A stretch of 64,000 bases of DNA from the human T2T-CHM13v2.0 reference genome, Homo sapiens. This document shows, piece after piece, positions 44,501-59,300 of this stretch. A program made the translations under genes and the position numbers. The notes below the pieces were generated by a model. It made no database searches. It was given only the letters and a program-made list of their open reading frames with translations, and had not been told where the DNA came from. Each line of letters starts with the position of its first letter. Positions within the stretch are counted from its first letter, which is position 1. The DNA lies in the NCBI RefSeq assembly GCF_009914755.1, contig NC_060925.1. The stretch is one strand, 5' to 3'.

Positions 44501-47398
44501 TGGACCCGAATGGAATCATCTAATGGAATGGAATGGAATAATCCATGGACTCGAATGCAATCATCATCGAATGGAATCGAATGGAATCATCGAATGGACT
44601 CGAATGGAATAATTATTGAACGGAATCGAATGGAATCATCATCGGATGGAAATGAATGGAATCATCATCGAATGGAATCGAATAGAATTATGGAATGAAA
44701 TCCAGTGTGATCATCATCGAATGGACCCGAATGGAATCATCATCCAACGGAAGCTAATGGAATCAACATCGAATGAATCGAATGGAAACACCATCGAATT
44801 GAAACGAATGGAATTATCATGAAATTGAAATAGATGGACTCATCATCGAATGGATTCGAATGGAATCATCGAATAAAATTGATTGAAATCATCATCGAAT
44901 GGAATCGAATGGTATCATTGAATGGAATCGAATGGAATCATCATCAGATGGAAATGAATGGAATCGTCATAGAATGGAATCGAATGGATTCATTGAATGG
45001 AATCAGATGGAATCATCGAATGGACTGGAATGGAATCATTGAATGGACTCGAAAGGGATCATGATTGAATGGAATTGAATGGAATCATCGAATGGTCTCG
45101 ATTGGAATCATTATCAAATGGAATCGAATGGAATCACCGAATAGAATCGAATGGAACAATCATCGAATGGACTCAAATGGAATTATCCTCAAATGGAATC
45201 GAATGGAATTATCGAATGCAATCGAATGGAATTTTCGAATGCAATCGAATAGAATCATCGAATGGACTCGAATGGAATCATCGAATGGAATGGAATGGAA
45301 CAGTCAATGAACACGAATGGAATCATCATTGAATGGAATCGAATGGAATCATCGAGTGGAATCGAATTGAATTATGATCAAATGGAATCGAATGTAATCA
45401 TCATCAAATGGAATCAAAAATAACCATCATCAATTGCTATTGAATGGAATTGTCATCAAATGGAATTCAAAGGAATCATCATCAAATGGAACCGAATGGA
45501 ATCCTCATTGAATGGAAATGAAAGGGGTCATCATCTAATGGAATCGCATGGAATCATCATCAAATGGAAACAAATGGAATCATCATCAAATGGAATCTAA
45601 TGGAATCATTGAACAGAATTGAATGGAATCGTCATCAAATGAATTGAATGCAATCATCGAATGGTCTCGAATGGAATCATCTTCTAATGGAAAGGAATGG
45701 AATCATCGCATAGAATCGAATGGAATTATCATCGAATGGAATCGAATGGTATCAACACCAAACGGAAAAAAACGGAATTATCGAATGGAATCGAAGAGAA
45801 TCTTCGAACGGACCCGAATGGAATCATCTAATGGAATGGAATGGAATAATCCATGGACTCGAATGCAATCATCATCGAATGGAATCGAATGGAATCATCG
45901 AATGGACTCGAATGGAATAATCATTGAACGGAATCGAATGGAATCATCATCGGATGGAAACGAATGGAATCATCATCGAATGGAAATGAAAGGAGTCATC
46001 ATCTAATGCAATTGCATGGAATCATCATCAAATGGAATCGAATGGAATCAACATCAAATGGAATCTAATGGAATCATTGAACAGAATTGAATGGAATCGT
46101 CATCGAATGAATTGACTGCCATCATCGAATGGTCTCGAATGGAATCATCTTCAAATGGAATGGAATGGAATCATCGCATAGAATCGAATGGAATTATCAT
46201 CGAATGGAATCGAATGGAATCAACATCAAACGGAAAAAAACAGAATTATCGAATGGAATCGAAGAGAATCATCGCATGGACCCGAATGGAATCATCTAAT
46301 GGAATGGAATGGAATAATCCATGGACTCGAATGCAATCATCATCGAATGGAATCGAATGGAATCATCGAGTGGACTCGAATGGAATAATCATTGAACGGA
46401 ATCGAATGGAATCATCATCGGATGGAAATGAATGGAATCATCATCGAATGGAATCGAATAGAATTATGGAATGAAATCCAGTGTGATCATCATCGAATGG
46501 ACCCGAATGGAATCATCATCCAACGGAAGCTAATGGAATCAACATCGAATGAATCAAATGGAAACACCATCGAATTGAAACGAATGGAATTATCATGAAA
46601 TTGAAATGGATGGACTCATCATCGAATGGATTCGAATGGAATCATCGAATAAAATTGATTGAAATCATCATCGAATGGAATCGAATGGTATCATTGAATG
46701 GAATCGAATGGAATCATCATCAGATGGAAATGAATGGAATCGTCATAGAATGGAATCGAATGGATTCATTGAATGGAATCAGATGGAATCATCGAATGGA
46801 CTGGAATGGAATCATTGAATGGACTCAAAAGGGATCATGATTGAATGGAATTGAATGGAATCATCGAATGGTCTCGATTGGAATCATTATCAAATGGAAT
46901 CGAATGGAATCACCGAATAGAATCGAATGGAACAATCATCGAATGGACTCAAATGGAATTATCCTCAAATGGAATCGAATGGAATTATCGAATGCAATCG
47001 AATGGAATTATCGAATGCAATCGAATAGAATCATCGAATGGACTCGAATGGAATCATCGAATGGAATGGAATGGAACAGTCAATGAACTCGAATGGAATC
47101 ATCATTGAATGGAATCGAATGGAATCATCGAGTGGAATCGAATGGAATTATGATCAAATGGAATCGAATGTAATCATCATCAAATGGAATCAAAAATAAC
47201 CATCATCAATTGGTATTGAATGGAATTGTCATCAAATGGAATTCAAAGGAATCATCATCAAATGGAACCGAATGGAATCCTCATTGAATGGAAATGAAAG
47301 GGGTCATCATCTAATGGAATCGCATGGAATCATCATCAAATGGAATCGAATGGAATCATCATCAAATGGAATCTAATGGAATCATTGAACAGAATTGA

Positions 47399-48461
47399 AT
47401 GGAATCGTCATCGAATGAATTGAATGCAATCATCGAATGGTCTCGAATGGAATCATCTTCTAATGGAAAGGAATGGAATCATCGCATAGAATCGAATGGA
47501 ATTATCATCGAATGGAATCGAATGGTATCAACACCAAACGGAAAAAAACGGAATTATCGAATGGAATCGAAGAGAATCTTCGAACGGACCCGAATGGAAT
47601 CATCTAATGGAATGGAATGGAATAATCCATGGACTCGAATGCAATCATCATCGAATGGAATCGAATGGAATCATCGAATGGACTCGAATGGAATAATCAT
47701 TGAACGGAATCGAATGGAATCATCATCGGATGGAAACGAATGGAATCATCATCGAATGGAAATGAAAGGAGTCATCATCTAATGCAATTGCATGGAATCA
47801 TCATAAAATGGAATCGAATGGAATCAACATCAAATCGAATCAAACGGAATCATTGAACGGAATTGAATGGAATCGTCATCGAATGAATTGACTGCAATCA
47901 TCGAATGGTCTCGAATGGAATCATCTTCAAATGGAATGGAATGGAATCATCGCATAGAATCGAATGGAATTATCACCGAATGGAATCGAATGGAATCAAC
48001 ATCAAACGGAAAAAAACGGAATTATCGAATGGAATCGAAGAGAATCATCGAATGGACCCGAATGGAATCATCTAATGGAATGGAATGGAATAATCCATGG
48101 ACTCGACTGCAATCATCATCGAATGGAATCGAATGGAATCATCGAATGAACTCGAATGGAATCATCATTGAATGGAATCGAATGGAATCATCGAGTGGAA
48201 TCGAATGGAATTATGATCAAATGGAATCGAATGTAATCATCATCAAATGGAATCAAAAATAACCATCATCAATTGGTATTGAATGGAATTGTCATCAAAT
48301 GGAATTCAAAGGAATCATCATCAAATGGAACCGAATGGAATCCTCATTGAATGGAAATGAAAGGGGTCATCATCTAATGGAATCGCATGGAATCATCACC
48401 AAATGGAATCGAATGGAATCATCATCAAATGGAATCTAATGGAATCATTGAACAGAATTGA
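47399..48461 (+). repeat. Truncated 1,063-bp unit (713-bp deletion, junction at about 48145-48148)
   Basis: A-subunit ORFs start at 47399 and 48462. Junction sequence is GGAATCATCG-AATG-AACTCGAA. Confidence 0.92.
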
Positions 48462-49300
48462 ATGGAATCGTCATCAAATGAATTGAATGCAATCATCGAA
48501 TGGTCTCGAATGGAATCATCTTCTAATGGAAAGGAATGGAATCATCGCATAGAATCGAATGGAATTATCATCGAATGGAATCGAATGGTATCAACACCAA
48601 ACGGAAAAAAACGGAATTATCGAATGGAATCGAAGAGAATCTTCGAACGGACCCGAATGGAATCATCTAATGGAATGGAATGGAATAATCCATGGACTCG
48701 AATGCAATCATCATCGAATGGAATCGAATGGAATCATCGAATGGACTCGAATGGAATAATCATTGAACGGAATCGAATGGAATCATCATCGGATGGAAAC
48801 GAATGGAATCATCATCGAATGGAAATGAAAGGAGTCATCATCTAATGCAATTGCATGGAATCATCATAAAATGGAATCGAATGGAATCAACATCAAATGG
48901 AATCAAATGGAATCATTGAACGGAATTGAATGGAATCGTCATCGAATGAATTGACTGCAATCATCGAATGGTCTCGAATGGAATCATCTTCAAATGGAAT
49001 GGAATGGAATCATCGCATAGAATCGAATGGAATTATCATCGAATGGAATCGAATGGAATCAACATCAAACGGAAAAAAACGGAATTATCGAATGGAATCG
49101 AAGAGAATCATCGAATGGACCCGAATGGAATCATCTAATGGAATGGAATGGAATAATCCATGGACTCGAATGCAATCATCATCGAATGGAATCGAATGGA
49201 ATCATCGAATGGACTCGAATGGAATAATCATTGAACGGAATCGAATGGAATCATCATCAGATGGAAATGAATGGAATCATCATCGAATGGAATCGAATAC

Positions 49301-52300
49301 AATTATGGAATGAAATCCAGTGTGATCATCATCGAATGGACCCGAATGGAATCATCATCCAACGGAAGCTAATGGAATCAACATCGAATGAATCAAATGG
49401 AAACACCATCGAATTGAAACGAATGGAATTATCATGAAATTGAAATGGATGGACTCATCATCGAATGGATTCGAATGGAATCATCGAATAAAATTGATTG
49501 AAATCATCATCGAATGGAATCGAATGGTATCATTGAATGGAATCGAATGGAATCATCATCAGATGGAAATGAATGGAATCGTCATAGAATGGAATCGAAT
49601 GGATTCATTGAATGGAATCAGATGGAATCATCGAATGGACTGGAATGGAATCATTGAATGGACTCAAAAGGGATCATGATTGAATGGAATTGAATGGAAT
49701 CATCGAATGGTCTCGATTGGAATCATTATCAAATGGAATCGAATGGAATCACCGAATAGAATCGAATGGAACAATCATCGAATGGACTCAAATGGAATTA
49801 TCCTCAAATGGAATCGAATGGAATTATCGAATGCAATCGAATGGAATTATCGAATGCAATCGAATAGAATGATCGAATGGACTCGAATGGAATCATCGAA
49901 TGGAATGCAATGGAACAGTCAATGAACTCGAATGGAATCATCATTGAATGGAATCGAATGGAATCATCGATTGGAATCGAATGGAATTATGATCAAATGG
50001 AATCGAATGTAATCCTCATCAAATGGAATCAAAAATAACCATCATCAATTGGTATTGAATGGAATTGTCATCAAATGGAATTCAAAGGAATCATCATCAA
50101 ATGGAACCGAATGGAATCCTCATTGAATGGAAATGAAAGGGGTCATCATCTAATGGAATTGCATGGAATCATCATCAAATGGAATCGAATGGAATCAACA
50201 TCAAATGGAATCAAATGGAATCATTGAACGGAATTGAATGGAATCGTCATCGAATGAATTGACTGCAATCATCGAATGGTCTCGGAATCATCTTCAAATG
50301 GAATGGAATGGAATCATCGCATAGAATCGAATGGAATTATCATCGAATGGAATCGAATGGAATCAACATCAAACGGAAAAAAACGGAATTATCGAATGGA
50401 ATCGAAGAGAATCATCGAATGGACCCGAATGGAATCATCTAATGGAATGGAATAGAATAATCCATGGACTCGAATGCAATCATCATCGAATGGAATCGAA
50501 TGGAATCATCGAATGGACTCGAATGGAATAATCATTGAACGGAATCGAATGGAATCATCATCGGATGGAAATGAATGGAATCATCATCGAATGGAATCGA
50601 ATAGAATTATGGAATGAAATCCAGTGTGATCATCATCGAATGGACCCGAATGGAATCATCATCCAACGGAAGCTAATGGAATCAACATCGAATGAATCGA
50701 ATGGAAACACCATCGAATTGAAACGAATGGAATTATCATGAAATTGAAATGGATGGACTCATCATCGAATGGATTCGAATGGAATCATCGAATAAAATTG
50801 ATTGAAATCATCATCGAATGGAATCGAATGGTATCATTGAATGGAATCGAATGGAATCATCATCAGATGGAAATGAATGGAATCGTCATAGAATGGAATC
50901 GAATGGATTCATTGAATGGAATCAGATGGAATCATCGAATGGACTGGAATGGAATCATTGAATGGACTCGAAAGGGATCATGATTGAATGGAATTGAATG
51001 GAATCATCGAATGGTCTCGATTGGAATCATTATCAAATGGAATCGAATGGAATCACCGAATAGAATCGAATGGAACAATCATCGAATGGACTCAAATGGA
51101 ATTATCCTCAAATGGAATCGAATGGAATTATCGAATGCAATCGAATGGAATTATCGAATGCAATCGAATAGAATCATCGAATGGACTCGAATGGAATCAT
51201 CGAATGGAATGGAATGGAACAGTCAATGAACACGAATGGAATCATCATTGAATGGAATCGAATGGAATCATCGAGTGGAATCGAATGGAATTATGATCAA
51301 ATGGAATCGAATGTAATCATCATCAAATGGAATCAAAAATAACCATCATCAATTGGTATTGAATGGAATTGTCATCAAATGGAATTCAAAGGAATCATCA
51401 TCAAATGGAACCGAATGGAATCCTCATTGAATGGAAATGAAAGGGGTCATCATCTAATGGAATCGCATGGAATCATCACCAAATGGAATCGAATGGAATC
51501 ATCATCAAATGGAATCTAATGGAATCATTGAACAGAATTGAATGGAATCGTCATCAAATGAATTGAATGCAATCATCGAATGGTCTCGAATGGAATCATC
51601 TTCTAATGGAAAGGAATGGAATCATCGCATAGAATCGAATGGAATTATCATCGAATGGAATCGAATGGTATCAACACCAAACGGAAAAAAACGGAATTAT
51701 CAAATGGAATCGAAGAGAATCTTCGAACGGACCCGAATGGAATCATCTAATGGAATGGAATGGAATAATCCATGGACTCGAATGCAATCATCATCGAATG
51801 GAATCGAATGGAATCATCGAATGGACTCGAATGGAATAATCATTGAACGGAATCGAATGGAATCATCATCGGATGGAAACGAATGGAATCATCATCGAAT
51901 GGAAATGAAAGGAGTCATCATCTAATGCAATTGCATGGAATCATCATCAAATGGAATCGAATGGAATCAACATCAAATGGAATCTAATGGAATCATTGAA
52001 CAGAATTGAATGGAATCGTCATCGAATGAATTGACTGCAATCATCGAATGGTCTCGAATGGAATCATCTTCAAATGGAATGGAATGGAATCATCGCATAG
52101 AATCGAATGGAATTATCATCGAATGGAATCGAATGGAATCAACATCAAACGGAAAAAAACGGAATTATCGAATGGAATCGAAGAGAATCATCGAATGGAC
52201 CCGAATGGAATCATCTAATGGAATGGAATGGAATAATCCATGGACTCGAATGCAATCATCATCGAATGGAATCGAATGGAATCATCGAATGGACTCGAAT

Positions 52301-55300
52301 GGAATAATCATTGAACGGAATCGAATGGAATCATCATCGGATGGAAATGAATGGAATCATCATCGAATGGAATCGAATAGAATTATGGAATGAAATCCAG
52401 TGTGATCATCATCGAATGGACCCGAATGGAATCATCATCCAACGGAAGCTAATGGAATCAACATCGAATGAATCAAATGGAAACACCATCGAATTGAAAC
52501 GAATGGAATTATCATGAAATTGAAATGGATGGACTCATCATCGAATGGATTCGAATGGAATCATCGAATAAAATTGATTGAAATCATCATCGAATGGAAT
52601 CGAATGGTATCATTGAATGGAATCGAATGGAATCATCATCAGATGGAAATGAATGGAATCGTCATAGAATGGAATCGAATGGATTCATTGAATGGAATCA
52701 GATGGAATCATCGAATGGACTGGAATGGAATCATTGAATGGACTCAAAAGGGATCATGATTGAATGGAATTGAATGGAATCATCGAATGGTCTCGATTGG
52801 AATCATTATCAAATGGAATCGAATGGAATCACCGAATAGAATCGAATGGAACAATCATCGAATGGACTCAAATGGAATTATCCTCAAATGGAATCGAATG
52901 GAATTATCGAATGCAATCGAATGGAATTATCGAATGCAATCGAATAGAATGATCGAATGGACTCGAATGGAATCATCGAATGGAATGCAATGGAACAGTC
53001 AATGAACTCGAATGGAATCATCATTGAATGGAATCGAATGGAATCATCGATTGGAATCGAATGGAATTATGATCAAATGGAATCGAATGTAATCCTCATC
53101 AAATGGAATCAAAAATAACCATCATCAATTGGTATTGAATGGAATTGTCATCAAATGGAATTCAAAGGAATCATCATCAAATGGAACCGAATGGAATCCT
53201 CATTGAATGGAAATGAAAGGGGTCATCATCTAATGGAATTGCATGGAATCATCATCAAATGGAATCGAATGGAATCAACATCAAATGGAATCAAATGGAA
53301 TCATTGAACGGAATTGAATGGAATCGTCATCGAATGAATTGACTGCAATCATCGAATGGTCTCGGAATCATCTTCAAATGGAATGGAATGGAATCATCGC
53401 ATAGAATCGAATGGAATTATCATCGAATGGAATCGAATGGAATCAACATCAAACGGAAAAAAACGGAATTATCGAATGGAATCGAAGAGAATCATCGAAT
53501 GGACCCGAATGGAATCATCTAATGGAATGGAATAGAATAATCCATGGACTCGAATGCAATCATCATCGAATGGAATCGAATGGAATCATCGAATGGACTC
53601 GAATGGAATAATCATTGAACGGAATCGAATGGAATCATCATCGGATGGAAATGAATGGAATCATCATCGAATGGAATCGAATAGAATTATGGAATGAAAT
53701 CCAGTGTGATCATCATCGAATGGACCCGAATGGAATCATCATCCAACGGAAGCTAATGGAATCAACATCGAATGAATCGAATGGAAACACCATCGAATTG
53801 AAACGAATGGAATTATCATGAAATTGAAATGGATGGACTCATCATCGAATGGATTCGAATGGAATCATCGAATAAAATTGATTGAAATCATCATCGAATG
53901 GAATCGAATGGTATCATTGAATGGAATCGAATGGAATCATCATCAGATGGAAATGAATGGAATCGTCATAGAATGGAATCGAATGGATTCATTGAATGGA
54001 ATCAGATGGAATCATCGAATGGACTGGAATGGAATCATTGAATGGACTCGAAAGGGATCATGATTGAATGGAATTGAATGGAATCATCGAATGGTCTCGA
54101 TTGGAATCATTATCAAATGGAATCGAATGGAATCACCGAATAGAATCGAATGGAACAATCATCGAATGGACTCAAATGGAATTATCCTCAAATGGAATCG
54201 AATGGAATTATCGAATGCAATCGAATGGAATTATCGAATGCAATCGAATAGAATCATCGAATGGACTCGAATGGAATCATCGAATGGAATGGAATGGAAC
54301 AGTCAATGAACACGAATGGAATCATCATTGAATGGAATCGAATGGAATCATCGAGTGGAATCGAATGGAATTATGATCAAATGGAATCGAATGTAATCAT
54401 CATCAAATGGAATCAAAAATAACCATCATCAATTGGTATTGAATGGAATTGTCATCAAATGGAATTCAAAGGAATCATCATCAAATGGAACCGAATGGAA
54501 TCCTCATTGAATGGAAATGAAAGGGGTCATCATCTAATGGAATCGCATGGAATCATCACCAAATGGAATCGAATGGAATCATCATCAAATGGAATCTAAT
54601 GGAATCATTGAACAGAATTGAATGGAATCGTCATCAAATGAATTGAATGCAATCATCGAATGGTCTCGAATGGAATCATCTTCTAATGGAAAGGAATGGA
54701 ATCATCGCATAGAATCGAATGGAATTATCATCGAATGGAATCGAATGGTATCAACACCAAACGGAAAAAAACGGAATTATCAAATGGAATCGAAGAGAAT
54801 CTTCGAACGGACCCGAATGGAATCATCTAATGGAATGGAATGGAATAATCCATGGACTCGAATGCAATCATCATCGAATGGAATCGAATGGAATCATCGA
54901 ATGGACTCGAATGGAATAATCATTGAACGGAATCGAATGGAATCATCATCGGATGGAAACGAATGGAATCATCATCGAATGGAAATGAAAGGAGTCATCA
55001 TCTAATGCAATTGCATGGAATCATCATCAAATGGAATCGAATGGAATCAACATCAAATGGAATCTAATGGAATCATTGAACAGAATTGAATGGAATCGTC
55101 ATCGAATGAATTGACTGCAATCATCGAATGGTCTCGAATGGAATCATCTTCAAATGGAATGGAATGGAATCATCGCATAGAATCGAATGGAATTATCATC
55201 GAATGGAATCGAATGGAATCAACATCAAACGGAAAAAAACGGAATTATCGAATGGAATCGAAGAGAATCATCGAATGGACCCGAATGGAATCATCTAATG

Positions 55301-56319
55301 GAATGGAATGGAATAATCCATGGACTCGAATGCAATCATCATCGAATGGAATCGAATGGAATCATCGAATGGACTCGAATGGAATAATCATTGAACGGAA
55401 TCGAATGGAATCATCATCGGATGGAAATGAATGGAATCATCATCGAATGGAATCGAATAGAATTATGGAATGAAATCCAGTGTGATCATCATCGAATGGA
55501 CCCGAATGGAATCATCATCCAACGGAAGCTAATGGAATCAACATCGAATGAATCAAATGGAAACACCATCGAATTGAAACGAATGGAATTATCATGAAAT
55601 TGAAATGGATGGACTCATCATCGAATGGATTCGAATGGAATCATCGAATAAAATTGATTGAAATCATCATCGAATGGAATCGAATGGTATCATTGAATGG
55701 AATCGAATGGAATCATCATCAGATGGAAATGAATGGAATCGTCATAGAATGGAATCGAATGGATTCATTGAATGGAATCAGATGGAATCATCGAATGGAC
55801 TGGAATGGAATCATTGAATGGACTCAAAAGGGATCATGATTGAATGGAATTGAATGGAATCATCGAATGGTCTCGATTGGAATCATTATCAAATGGAATC
55901 GAATGGAATCACCGAATAGAATCGAATGGAACAATCATCGAATGGACTCAAATGGAATTATCCTCAAATGGAATCGAATGGAATTATCGAATGCAATCGA
56001 ATGGAATTATCGAATGCAATCGAATAGAATGATCGAATGGACTCGAATGGAATCATCGAATGGAATGCAATGGAACAGTCAATGAACTCGAATGGAATCA
56101 TCATTGAATGGAATCGAATGGAATCATCGATTGGAATCGAATGGAATTATGATCAAATGGAATCGAATGTAATCCTCATCAAATGGAATCAAAAATAACC
56201 ATCATCAATTGGTATTGAATGGAATTGTCATCAAATGGAATTCAAAGGAATCATCATCAAATGGAACCGAATGGAATCCTCATTGAATGGAAATGAAAGG
56301 GGTCATCATCTAATGGAAT
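49301..56319 (+). repeat. 3,080-bp second-level tandem repeat, about 2.3 copies (one full unit plus one unit lacking 468+4 bp)
   Basis: ORF offsets of 3080 (48930/52010/55090; 50331/53411; 51542/54622). The same rare variants and the same 4-bp deletion (GGTCTCGGAATC) occur at about 50284 and 53364. Confidence 0.92.
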
Positions 56320-59300
56320 CGCATGGAATCATCATCAAATGGAATCGAATGGAATCATCATCAAATGGAATCTAATGGAATCATTGAACAGAATTGAATG
56401 GAATCGTCATCGAATGAATTGAATGCAATCATCGAATGGTCTCGAATGGAATCATCTTCTAATGGAAAGGAATGGAATCATCGCATAGAATCGAATGGAA
56501 TTATCATCGAATTTAATGGAATGGAATCAACATCAAACGGAAAAAAACGGAATTATCGAATGGAATCGAAGAGAATCTTCGAACGGACCCGAATGGAATC
56601 ATCTAATGGAATGGAATGGAATAATCCATGGACTCGAATGCAATCATCATCGAATGGAATCGAATGGAATCATCGAATGGACTCGAATGGAATAATCATT
56701 GAACGGAATCGAATGGAATCATCATCGGATGGAAACGAATGGAATCATCATCGAATGGAAATGAAAGGAGTCATCATCTAATGGAATTGCATGGAATCAT
56801 CATAAAATGGAATCGAATGGAATCAACATCAAATGGAATCAAATGGAATCATTGAACGGAATTGAATGGAATCGTCATCGAATGAATTGACTGCAATCAT
56901 CCAATGGTCTCGAATGGAATCATCTTCAAATGGAATGGAATGGAATCATCGCATAGAATCGAATGGAATTATCATCGAATGGAATCGAATGGAATCAACA
57001 TCAAACGGAAAAAAACGGAATTATCGAATGGAATCGAAGAGAATCATCGAATGGACCCGAATGGAATCATCTAATGGAATGGAATGGAATAATCCATGGA
57101 CTCGAATGCAATCATCATCGAATGGAATCGAATGGAATCATCGAATGGACTCGAATGGAATAATCATTGAACGGAATCGAATGGAATCATCATCGGATGG
57201 AAATGAATGGAATCATCATCGAATGGAATGGAATAGAATTATGGAATGAAATCCAGTGTGATCATCATCGAATGGACCCGAATGGAATCATCATCCAACG
57301 GAAGCTAATGGAATCAACATCGAATGAATCGAATGGAAACACCATCAAATTGAAACGAATGGAATTATCATGAAATTGAAATGGATGGACTCATCATCGA
57401 ATGGATTCGAATGGAATCATGGAATAAAATTGATGGAAATCATCATCCAATGGAATCGAATGGTATCATTGAATGGAATCGAATGGAATCATCATCAGAT
57501 GGAAATGAATGGAATCGTCATAGAATGGAATCGAATGGATTCATTGAATGGAATCAGATGGAATCATCGAATGGACTGGAATGGAATCATTGAATGGACT
57601 CGAAAGGGATCATGATTGAATGGAATTGAATGGAATCATCGAATGGTCTCGATTGGAATCATTATCAAATGGAATCGAATGGAATCACCGAATAGAATCG
57701 AATGGAACAATCATCGAATGGACTCAAATGGAATTATCCTCCAATGGAATGCAATGGAATTATCGAATGCAATCGAATGGAATTATCGAATGCAATCGAA
57801 TAGAATCATCGAATGGACTCGAATGGAATCATCGAATGGAATGGAATGGAACAGTCAATGAACTCGAATGGAATCATCATTGAATGGAATCGAATGGAAT
57901 CATCGAGTGGAATCGAATGGAATTATGATCAAATGGAATCGAATGTAATCATCATCAAATGGAATCAAAAATAACCATCATCAATTGGTATTGAATGGAA
58001 TTGTCATCAAATGGAATTCAAAGGAATCATCATCAAATGGAACCGAATGGAATCCTCATTGAATGGAAATGAAAGGGGTCATCATCTAATGGAATCGCAT
58101 GGAATCATCATCAAATGGAATCGAATGGAATCATCATCAAATGGAATCTAATGGAATCATTGAACAGAATTGAATGGAATCGTCATCGAATGAATTGAAT
58201 GCAATCATCGAATGGTCTCGAATGGAATCATCTTCTAATGGAAAGGAATGGAATCATCGCATAGAATCGAATGGAATTATCATCGAATGGAGTCGAATGG
58301 TATCAACACCAAACGGAAAAAAACGGAATTATCGAATGGAATCGAAGAGAATCTTCGAACGGACCCGAATGGAATCATCTAATGGAATGGAATGGAATAA
58401 TCCATGGACTCGAATGCAATCATCATCGAATGGAATCGAATGGAATCATCGAATGGACTCGAATGGAATAATCATTGAACGGAATCGATTGGAATCATCA
58501 TCGGATGGAAACGAATGGAATCATCATCGAATGGAAATGAAAGGAGTCATCATCTAATGGAATTGCATGGAATCATCATAAAATGGAATCGAATGGAATC
58601 AACATCAAATGGAATCAAATGGAATCATTGAACGGAATTGAATGGAATCGTCATCGAATGAATTGACTGCAATCATCCAATGGTCTCGAATGGAATCATC
58701 TTCAAATGGAATGGAATGGAATCATCGCATAGAATCGAATGGAATTATCATCGAATGGAATCGAATGGAATCAACATCCAACGGAAAAAAACGGAATTAT
58801 CGAATGGAATCGAAGAGAATCATCGAATGGACCCGAATGGAATCATCTAATGGAATGGAATGGAATAATCCATGGACTCGAATGCAATCATCATCGAATG
58901 GAATCGAATGGAATCATCGAATGGACTCGAATGGAATAATCATTGAACGGAATCGAATGGAATCATCATCGGATGGAAATGAATGGAATCATCATCGAAT
59001 GGAATCGAATAGAATTATGGAATGAAATCCAGTGTGATCATCATCGAATGGACCCGAATGGAATCATCATCCAACGGAAGCTAATGGAATCAACATCGAA
59101 TGAATCGAATGGAAACACCATCGAATTGAAACGAATGGAATTATCATGAAATTGAAATGGATGGACTCATCATCGAATGGATTCGAATGGAATCATCGAA
59201 TAAAATTGATTGAAATCATCATCGAATGGAATCGAATGGTATCATTGAATGGAATCGAATGGAATCATCATCAGATGGAAATGAATGGAATCGTCATAGA

